A model generated the notes under the pieces. It saw only the letters and a program-made list of their open reading frames with translations. It ran no database searches and was not told where the DNA came from. A stretch of DNA of 32,000 nt from positions 180,001-212,000 of the forward strand of contig NZ_CP042905.2 in assembly GCF_008000775.2 (NCBI RefSeq). Direction: 5' to 3'. The stretch comes from Promethearchaeum syntrophicum (lineage in GTDB: Archaea; Asgardarchaeota; Lokiarchaeia; Sigyniarchaeales; Promethearchaeaceae). Shown one piece after another: positions 9,540 to 17,051 of this stretch. Both the position numbers and the translations under genes were made by a program. Numbering within the stretch: the stretch's first letter is position 1; the number at the start of each line of letters is the position of its first letter.

Positions 9540-9568
9540 TTCTCAGAATATAAAATGATTCTTGGATT

Positions 9569-10465
9569 TTATTTTTTTTCTTTCCCCAAATAATCTAAAG
9601 TGGTATTAAAACCCATCAATTTTCTTAATTTGTCTATTAATTCAAGAGATTCTAACTTAGCAAGAGGTATTGTTTTCTCGTTTTTTTCTAAATATTCTTC
9701 TATAAAATGAAGAATATCAAACTTTTCTTCAAAAACATTTTTTAAAACAGTTAGTTCTGATGCTGAAAATGATATTGAATTTTTTACATAATCGCGCCAA
9801 GCTTGAATTACAATGGGAAAGTATTTTTCGCTCATTTTTGCCATTATATTTGCATATTGCCTTATTTCGAACTGAGCATGGGGATCTGTTCGTAATGACA
9901 GAAAATTAAGTAAATTCCTTAAATCTATTTTAAATACAAAAGATGTATAAATTGAAAGGGGTAAGTTAATCCGTGCAATTTCTCTAGCCACTCCTTCTTC
10001 TATATAACTGTGATATTCTTTAAGTAAATTCTCAGATTGCAATTTAAGTTTTGAGCAAATTTCTTTTGAGTTTTTAATTTCATGGTCTGTTCTTGCTTGT
10101 CTATTTCTTCGATCTTGACTAGTAATCCATTCAGAACGAGGAACATAAAATTCTTCAACTACTTCTGAATAACGTAAACTAACTTCATTATAAGATGCCA
10201 TTCTATGACGAAACCATTGGCGTGCAACAAAAATGGGACATCGAATTCTAAAAACCAGTACACCAAATTCAATTGGCCCCGAATGTTTGTGTCTTATTAA
10301 ATAACGGATTAATTGTTTAGTTGAAGATATTTTTTTTGTGCCTTTATCATATGAGGTTCGAGCAGCGTTAACAATATCCTGATCTGATCCTAAAACATCA
10401 ATTAATTCAACAAATCCATGATCTAAAACTTTTTCTTTTAACAATATTCTACGTTCTTCTCCCAT
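9569..10465 (-). CDS. thyX: Flavin-dependent thymidylate synthase
   Basis: ThyX signature RHRMASYNEVSLRYS; DIVNAARTSYDKG; C-terminal LRNLLNFLSLRTDPHAQFEIRQYA. Confidence 0.96.
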   Translation of the reverse strand: MGEERRILLKEKVLDHGFVELIDVLGSDQDIVNAARTSYDKGTKKISSTKQLIRYLIRHKHSGPIEFGVLVFRIRCPIFVARQWFRHRMASYNEVSLRYSEVVEEFYVPRSEWITSQDRRNRQARTDHEIKNSKEICSKLKLQSENLLKEYHSYIEEGVAREIARINLPLSIYTSFVFKIDLRNLLNFLSLRTDPHAQFEIRQYANIMAKMSEKYFPIVIQAWRDYVKNSISFSASELTVLKNVFEEKFDILHFIEEYLEKNEKTIPLAKLESLELIDKLRKLMGFNTTLDYLGKEKK

Positions 10466-10505
10466 AATATTTTATTTTTTTATTCAATTATGAAAGCTAT
10501 TATTA

Positions 10506-11297
10506 TTACATTAGTATAATTGGGTTTTCTGATTCAATAAAGGAAAATTCATCTCTGGGAAACTCTAGAGACAAAATCATTTTCAGTTTTTTCATTGCAA
10601 TTATGTCGCAAGCATAATGTGGAACATTTAATACATTTAATCCTAGTTTCCGAGCAAAAATAAAATGTGAATAAACTAAATCAGTTGAAATTAATGTATC
10701 ACAATTATTTTTTACAATTTCAAACAAATCAGCTTCATTTAATGAAATTCCACAGATTACTACAATTTTCTTGATATTTATATCCAATTTTCCACAGACT
10801 TGAACATATTTTAAATTAAGTTTTCTCTTCAAAGAGCGAATTAATATATCTAGAGTCAAATTTTGATTATATGGAGTGCCAACTCGTCCAAGAGGCTTTT
10901 TTAATCCATTATCATTGACATACCACCTGTCAGCGACTATAATTCCTGCAATTTCAGATATTATATCAGAAATTCCCCCTGAAGCTGCAATCCAAGCAGA
11001 ACTTAATATAAATAAAGATATATTATTAGCTGATAGCAATTTAAATTGATTTAATACAGGTTCGTTAAATTTTATTAAAGATCGCTGAGTTAATCCATGA
11101 TGGGCAATAATGAAATACGATTTTGTTTTCTTTGCTTGTAAAATTACTTTGATGGATGGATCAACACAAATTGCAATTTTATGCAAATTTAAATCCTTCA
11201 ATGTATTTCCAAATTGAAGACCATAAATATCACTACCTAAGCCTAATTCCCGTGGAACTAATTCTGCAATCTTTTTCGATAACATAGAATAGAGCAT
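10506..11297 (-). CDS. NIF3/DUF34-family protein (divergent metal site)
   Basis: YGLQFGN, ICVDPS, IIAHHGL, GLNVLNVPHYACDIIAM; but usual HTxLD position reads SSAWI. Confidence 0.8.
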   Translation of the reverse strand: MLYSMLSKKIAELVPRELGLGSDIYGLQFGNTLKDLNLHKIAICVDPSIKVILQAKKTKSYFIIAHHGLTQRSLIKFNEPVLNQFKLLSANNISLFILSSAWIAASGGISDIISEIAGIIVADRWYVNDNGLKKPLGRVGTPYNQNLTLDILIRSLKRKLNLKYVQVCGKLDINIKKIVVICGISLNEADLFEIVKNNCDTLISTDLVYSHFIFARKLGLNVLNVPHYACDIIAMKKLKMILSLEFPRDEFSFIESENPIILM

Positions 11298-11647
11298 ATT
11301 ATTTGTTATTTCAAGGAAGTTAATTAAAAAGGTGAGTGAGGTAATTTTTTTTAAACGTATTTTCTTTCGATTTGAATAAAATAAAATATCAATTCTAAGT
11401 TCATCGAATTCTTATATTTGACTCATCAAATGAATGACGGAAGTCTTTTTTTATTTAAAATTCATAAGATTTTTACGCTGAAGAAGCCTTTACTTTTATT
11501 TTTAGTAAAATTCAGAAGTTGCCAAGAAATTTTATGTGATTACAATTTCTATTTTCATTTCAGCTCGATTAAGTCACTGAAATAATTTTATATAATAAAC
11601 ATTCTAGTTGTAGCTATCTAAACAAATACTTTTTATGGATTATAAAA

Positions 11648-11668
11648 CAGTCTTCAAGGTTATAAACT
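11648..11668 (+). repeat. IS left terminal inverted repeat
   Basis: CAGTCTTCAAGGTTATAAACT, 19/21 match to the reverse complement of the right end. Confidence 0.82.
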
Positions 11669-11752
11669 CGACGACAAAAAACGTCCCTAAGTCTAATCTA
11701 TGAAAACGATAGAAGATATAAAGGGGAAAGGAGAATATTTATATGATTATTT

Positions 11753-13105
11753 ATGAATATTGCAAGGAGTCGTTCGATTCCCACATCGAAAACCCTTCCT
11801 TTCCCTAAAGATATATTTCTCCTAGGAGAATTTAAATCTTTGGTTAACAGTTTGGTCACTCGATTAGGAATCGCGAAAAGATTTAAGCCCAGGCTTTATT
11901 CATATGCAGATTTTGTGTTTGTTAAATTTTATGCTCTAACAACTTCAATACCAATCGAAAGAGCTTCAGAACGCCTTAATAAATGGCTGATATTCCAATA
12001 TTTCAAGAAATACAAGTTAAAACCAAAAAATTTTCAAGACGGAGTTCGTAAACGGCGCTTAGTACCACATCAAACCGATGTTGATAAATTTTTCAGATTG
12101 TTATCTGAAAAAGAAGTCAATATGTTGTTCGGAAATCTATTAATGAACGTTGTACTGAAGGTTAAAGCTAGATGTATCGGAGGATCAAAACTCAGATTCT
12201 TAGTTGACAACACTGAATATGCATATTATGGCAAGCCCAACTCGCTTTTTGAAATTGGAACCAATCGAAAACCAGGAACTCGGTTCTGTCGCATGTTTCA
12301 AGGGCATGCACTTCACGGATCTGGAATGACATTGTTTACTGATTTCTATTTACTTCAAAAAGGGAAATATCGTTGTCTTAACATCCCTCATTCGGTAGAA
12401 TGGATAAGGTGGTCGGGAATTAATCTTTCCTATTCTCTCATGGATAGAGAATTTTACCGCGCCGCCTTAATCAAAGATCTTAAAACCTGTAAACTTCCAG
12501 TTCTTATTCCCGCGAAGAAATATCCCGGAATTAAAAGAAAAATCAAAGATTTCTTGCTCGGAATAGGTCCATTGGTATCAGTTTATCACTTTTCACAAAC
12601 CCAAAAGGTAAAACCATGGCCGAGTTCGGTTCATGTGAATTTTGTCGTTATTGGCCATAAAAATGTATTAGCAACCGAAATACGGCGCCAATTCAGACAA
12701 GGTATTTTAACGTTCGATGAAGCAATAAAACAGTTAGCAGGGTTCTTTACAACTCTCAAACCTTGGAAAAATCATTCACGATGGGCTAAATGGCTTTCAC
12801 GAGCATATAAAAAAAGATGGAATGAAGAGACGGGGTTCAGTAAGTTGAATGATATTCACAAAAGTTTCCGGAATCATTATCCGAATGTGCAATTATCTCA
12901 GCTCTATATGAGAGCAATAATTTATAACAATTGGCAATATTTCAAAAGAGAAGCAGAAAAATCAGGAATTAAAGCCTCAAAGAGAACTTTAGCTGTGTTT
13001 TTAGAGATATTAGAATGGAGGATCTATAATCTAATTGAACAATCAGTGAGTTATAATTTAAAATATTTACAGAAAAAAAGAAGGAGGTTATATTTTGAAA
13101 GTTAA
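11753..13105 (+). CDS. DDE transposase, IS4/ISH3-like
   Basis: FLVDNTEY (D1), SLMDREFY (D2), AYKKRWNEETGFSKLND (Y-R-E signature); intact 450 aa. Confidence 0.9.
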   Translation: MNIARSRSIPTSKTLPFPKDIFLLGEFKSLVNSLVTRLGIAKRFKPRLYSYADFVFVKFYALTTSIPIERASERLNKWLIFQYFKKYKLKPKNFQDGVRKRRLVPHQTDVDKFFRLLSEKEVNMLFGNLLMNVVLKVKARCIGGSKLRFLVDNTEYAYYGKPNSLFEIGTNRKPGTRFCRMFQGHALHGSGMTLFTDFYLLQKGKYRCLNIPHSVEWIRWSGINLSYSLMDREFYRAALIKDLKTCKLPVLIPAKKYPGIKRKIKDFLLGIGPLVSVYHFSQTQKVKPWPSSVHVNFVVIGHKNVLATEIRRQFRQGILTFDEAIKQLAGFFTTLKPWKNHSRWAKWLSRAYKKRWNEETGFSKLNDIHKSFRNHYPNVQLSQLYMRAIIYNNWQYFKREAEKSGIKASKRTLAVFLEILEWRIYNLIEQSVSYNLKYLQKKRRRLYFES

Positions 13106-13124
13106 TTTATAACCTTAAAGACTG
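13104..13124 (-). repeat. IS right terminal inverted repeat (overlaps transposase stop codon)
   Basis: AATTTATAACCTTAAAGACTG. Confidence 0.82.
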
Positions 13125-13143
13125 ATAAAAAAAAAGCGGAAAA

Positions 13144-13170
13144 TTGATGTCTATTAGAAACCGACATCAA
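13144..13170 (-). terminator. Hairpin followed by poly-T on the minus strand, putative terminator of the 14542->13187 gene
   Basis: TTGATGTC-(11 nt)-GACATCAA perfect 8-bp arms; reading the minus strand the hairpin is followed by TTTTCCGCTTTTTTTTT. Confidence 0.5.
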
Positions 13171-13186
13171 CATCGAACTATTTTTC

Positions 13187-14542
13187 TTAACAAAAAATTA
13201 CATAATATAATGAAAGGGATACAAGAATAAAAAATAACAATGCAAATCGTTTACTTACAAGTTTGAAGACCGTCTTTTCATAAATTAACCATTCTCGAGC
13301 TATCATAAGAAACGAAATAAATGTAATCGTTGCAGAAAAAAATTCTCCCTCATTTGCGATAATAACAGATTTTTCAATAAAATTGCCTAAAAAAGGAATT
13401 TGAGTTAAAAATCCATAAAAATTTAAAATCGCAAAACACCAAATAAATATTAGTATTACTGATATGAAATTCAGTAATCTAAGCCAAATAATATGATTTT
13501 TTGGAATTTTCGTTTTGAAACTTAACCTAGCTTGCCATGATTTCTCTAAAGGCATATTAGTACCTAAACGTAAAGATGCAATTTCTGGGTCTTCTTTAGA
13601 GATTAAATTTTTTTTTATTAGTTTATTTGAAGTTGATACATCATCCTCATTCAATTCAATATGAAATTTTTCTGGAGCTTTAATAAAAAGCCAAAGCGAA
13701 CCTGGGGGATTTTTAGCAAAAAGCTCCATAAAAAATTGAGGTTCACATACAGGAGCGAAAACGAATATGTATCGAAAAAATTCCAAGATTTTCTTCCAGA
13801 CTATCTTAGATTTGCCTTTTTTATAGGTACTTCCTGTTGGTAAATGTATTTCATAATTTGAAAGGAATTTCTTTTCAAAATTTAAAAGTTCTTTATCATT
13901 ATAGAATTTGAATGGATTTCCAACACATGTAATCGTCAAAACGCAAATGTCCTTAGGTAAAAGTTTATCGGCGATGAAAATGAATAGAGGGATTTCATTT
14001 TTAATTATATTTTTAATTACAACTCGGAGAAATTGTTCAGGATCTTGAATATTTTGTTTATCATTTAGATTCTTAAGAATTTTTTTATAACTAGAAAGAT
14101 CTACCTCACGGATCTTCTCTTCTACTAACCTTGTAATGTGATCAACTTTAATAATGAATTGGACTTCATCTTTTAGTTTAATCTCCAACTTCGGAATGTA
14201 ATCAGATAATCCGCAAATAAATAGGTAATCAGGAATTTTTTCTTCTGATGGAACAATAAACTCGAATTTCAATTCTTGGCTCAATCGCAATGGATTTTCA
14301 AAATCTAATTCAAAAATTTGACGATGTAACCAATTTCTTAAAGTAGGCCAATAAATTTCAAAAAATACATTCGGTGTTGTTAAAAACATGTGTGTAGGAG
14401 AATTTACGATGTTTTGAGATTTACACACATTTTGCAATAACTCATAACCATCTATTACATCATTTTTTTTATTATTATTTTTTTCTTCATGAAGGATTCC
14501 TTGTTTTAAAGTCCATACCGAAACAAATTCTTTCATTGTCAT
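13187..14542 (-). CDS. Orphan protein, large soluble N-terminal region plus ~3 C-terminal TM helices
   Basis: 451 aa; hydrophobic LLNFISVILIFIWCFAILNFYGF, FFSATITFISFLMIA, FALLFFILVSLSLYYVIF; start lies 15 nt after the stop of the ThiC-like gene with GGAG-like ribosome binding sequence. Confidence 0.75.
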   Translation of the reverse strand: MTMKEFVSVWTLKQGILHEEKNNNKKNDVIDGYELLQNVCKSQNIVNSPTHMFLTTPNVFFEIYWPTLRNWLHRQIFELDFENPLRLSQELKFEFIVPSEEKIPDYLFICGLSDYIPKLEIKLKDEVQFIIKVDHITRLVEEKIREVDLSSYKKILKNLNDKQNIQDPEQFLRVVIKNIIKNEIPLFIFIADKLLPKDICVLTITCVGNPFKFYNDKELLNFEKKFLSNYEIHLPTGSTYKKGKSKIVWKKILEFFRYIFVFAPVCEPQFFMELFAKNPPGSLWLFIKAPEKFHIELNEDDVSTSNKLIKKNLISKEDPEIASLRLGTNMPLEKSWQARLSFKTKIPKNHIIWLRLLNFISVILIFIWCFAILNFYGFLTQIPFLGNFIEKSVIIANEGEFFSATITFISFLMIAREWLIYEKTVFKLVSKRFALLFFILVSLSLYYVIFC

Positions 14543-14557
14543 TTTACTTCTTTCTCC

Positions 14558-15751
14558 TCATTCTAATTTTTTCATACTTCTTATATTATTTAAGTTTATT
14601 TTTAGAGCACAATAAGGCCCACATACACTACAAGTTTTAATATTATTTTTGTTTAACTGAGGATCTAATGATTGCACATCGTTACTAAAAAGTGAATTTT
14701 TCCATATTTTTTCTTTTAAACACAGGTTTCTCGCTTCTGAAATCTTTCTATCAAGGTGATAGCGTGATGTTTTTCCCGATCTACCAATATAAACGGCAAT
14801 TTTAAAAGCTTTTACCGCCTCCTCTACGTCTTTTAAACGTGGAAGCCCAACATGTTCACCTTTAGTTGTGCAAGTAATAAAATCGCACCCATACATAGAT
14901 GCTACTGCCGCACCAATTGCCCCAGTGATATGATCATATCCAGCTCCACAATCACATAAAGTTGGACCTAGAGAACGATAGGGAGCATCCATAATTATTT
15001 TTTTTGAAATACTCATATAATTTTGCATTTGCTCTAGAGGAATATGCCCCGCTCCTTCAACCATAACACCAATTCCCAGATCCCAACACTCCTTTATAAA
15101 TTTTCTCTGTTCGATCAATTCTTCAATAAATAGATTATCAAATCCATCAACTATTGATCCAGGTCTTAAAACTGTACCTAAACTGATAGTGACATTATTT
15201 TTTTTTACAATATCAAGAATTTTTCCTCTTAATTTTTGATAAGGGTTCTCTTCCCCGTGTTCGATCATATATCTAGTAATAATGGCTCCCCCACGGCTGG
15301 TCAAGGGAATAATCCTATTTGAATTTGCCATTTTTTCAGCTAATTTCCTGGAATAAGCAAAATGTAGCGTTAATATATCGGATCCCTCTTCAGAGTGTTG
15401 TTTAATTGTAGATAATAAATCACTTTCATCAAAATCTAGAATGTTCTGCCTCTCATAGAATGCTTGGGCACTCGTTGAAAAAATAGGTTCTGTATTTACG
15501 GGGACGGAGAACTCAGAATATAGAAGTTTTCTCAATTTTGAACCATCTGGTTCGACAACACTATCATCGTTTATAATATCCGCTCCTGCTTCAACTGCAA
15601 TTCTTGCTTTTTTTAATTCAGTTTCAATGTTAGTTACACCAGGACTCAAACCAATGGAAGAAAGTATCCTAGTTGGTTCACCCAACCCTGCACTGAGTTG
15701 CACATTTGGTCGATTTTTATTCCCGATTATTATTTTTTTCATTTTAAACAT
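14558..15751 (-). CDS. ThiC-superfamily (radical SAM) protein, strongly divergent paralog
   Basis: TSRGGAIITRYMIEHGEENP, ISLGTVLRPGSIVD, VMVEGAGHIPLEQM, GAGYDHITGAIGAA, GEHVGLPRLKDV align to ThiC motifs; C-terminal CSVCGPYC (CX2CX3C) instead of CX2CX4C. Confidence 0.85.
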   Translation of the reverse strand: MFKMKKIIIGNKNRPNVQLSAGLGEPTRILSSIGLSPGVTNIETELKKARIAVEAGADIINDDSVVEPDGSKLRKLLYSEFSVPVNTEPIFSTSAQAFYERQNILDFDESDLLSTIKQHSEEGSDILTLHFAYSRKLAEKMANSNRIIPLTSRGGAIITRYMIEHGEENPYQKLRGKILDIVKKNNVTISLGTVLRPGSIVDGFDNLFIEELIEQRKFIKECWDLGIGVMVEGAGHIPLEQMQNYMSISKKIIMDAPYRSLGPTLCDCGAGYDHITGAIGAAVASMYGCDFITCTTKGEHVGLPRLKDVEEAVKAFKIAVYIGRSGKTSRYHLDRKISEARNLCLKEKIWKNSLFSNDVQSLDPQLNKNNIKTCSVCGPYCALKINLNNIRSMKKLE

Positions 15752-16155
15752 GATCCTATACGAAAAATCAAATTTAAGATATATTATTAAAAATGTTAAT
15801 TAAATATTAACTTCCGGTTGATCTTTTTCTTTCATAGTTTTGTAAACAGAATTTCTATATCAAAATTGCATAATCCAAGCACTCGATTTTTGGGGATTCT
15901 TCCACCAATTTTTAAAATTTTATTCAAAATTATGGAAAATACTAAACAACTACTTCATATGTCCGTTCTATCATTTAGGGGTTTCTGGCTCAGATATTTT
16001 TATTGAGATATAAATTCTGCATAGTTAATTAAAAAGGGGGTTAAAAAATTTATTTAAATGTATTTCCCTTCGATTTCCTAAAATCGAATTTCTTATTATT
16101 GCATATAAAGCTTAAAAATGTTAAGCTCTTAAATTGCTTAATAGATGGTATTATT

Positions 16156-16569
16156 ATGTCGGAAGAAGAATGCATTTTTTGTAAAATAATAGAGGGACAA
16201 ATTCCTAGCTATAAAATATATGAAAATGATTCATTGTTAGCTTTCTTGGATATTTTTCCGTTAAGCTATGGACACACTGTTGTGGTTCCAAAGAAACATT
16301 ATTATAATTTCTTAGATATGCCAGAGGATGATATGAGTGACTTTTTTAAGGATTTAAGGAACATTTCAGCATTAATTATGAAAAAATTGAAAATTGATGG
16401 ATTTAATCTTGTTCAAAATAATTTTCCCGCAGCGGGGCAAGTCATACATCATTTACACTTTCATATTATTCCAAGAATGAAAGGAGATGGGCCTTTAAAA
16501 ATGATTCCAGGTAAAATTCAAGCTAAAGAAGACGATCTGAAGAAAATCATTCAAAAAATAAAAGAATAA
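16156..16569 (+). CDS. HIT-family nucleotide hydrolase/transferase
   Basis: CIFCKIIEGQIPSYKIYENDSLLAFLDIFPLSYGHTVVVPKKH ... QVIHHLHFHIIPR (HIT motif). Met at 16156 preferred over 16099. Confidence 0.93.
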   Translation: MSEEECIFCKIIEGQIPSYKIYENDSLLAFLDIFPLSYGHTVVVPKKHYYNFLDMPEDDMSDFFKDLRNISALIMKKLKIDGFNLVQNNFPAAGQVIHHLHFHIIPRMKGDGPLKMIPGKIQAKEDDLKKIIQKIKE

Positions 16570-16605
16570 GTTAATTTTTTTAATCAACTATCTCAAATAT
16601 TTTCA

Positions 16606-16836
16606 TTAACTTCCAATTGATAAAGGCAAAATACGTTGCTTCTTAAGAAACCATATTGGTAAAACGAATTTTTGCATACGTGGAGAAGAAAAATGAGATG
16701 GAATTTGGCTTTTAATTAAATATAGGGGAACAAATGCTTCCTTTTCATAATTTTGAAACCAAATTTTAACAAAATATCCAATTGTTTCAGAAATAACTCC
16801 AGTAATTTCGATACATTGATTTCCATAAATTCTCAT
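16606..16836 (-). CDS. Small uncharacterised protein (76 aa)
   Basis: NQCIEITGVISETIGYFVKIWFQNYEKEAFVPLYLIKSQI looks like a small beta-rich domain; not in a long overlap with another ORF. Confidence 0.4.
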   Translation of the reverse strand: MRIYGNQCIEITGVISETIGYFVKIWFQNYEKEAFVPLYLIKSQIPSHFSSPRMQKFVLPIWFLKKQRILPLSIGS

Positions 16837-17051
16837 TTCAAATATCTTCTATAAAAACCGACAAAAAAAATAGATACACTTTGATGGTTTTTTGAATTAC
16901 TAGGAATATAATTCAAATCTGATTTTTCCGTGGAAACCGTTTCTCTGTGTAACTATAAGTCGTCATTAATTAATCATAAAAGACTAATCTCAACTTTTGA
17001 TTATGTCGTCATTGAATGGTTTCCATTTCGGCATCATTATTATCAAAGTTC

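Larger units (their letters stand above)
11648..13124 (+). mobile_element. Insertion sequence, IS4/ISH3-like DDE type, ~1.48 kb
   Basis: Left end CAGTCTTCAAGGTTATAAACT (11648-11668) matches reverse complement of 13104-13124 (CAGTCTTTAAGGTTATAAATT) at 19/21; immediately flanking both ends is ATAAAA (11642-11647 and 13125-13130), candidate TSD. Confidence 0.82.

Noticed and set aside
11771-11783. tRNA T-arm-like string CGTTCGATTCCCA
   Set aside because: No complementary 5-bp stem around the loop and no acceptor or anticodon stems; it is coding sequence of the transposase N-terminus.
13661-16006. Plus ORF 13661-13843 and minus ORF 15818-16006
   Set aside because: First antisense to the 451-aa gene; second lies in an AT-rich intergenic region with no domain support.
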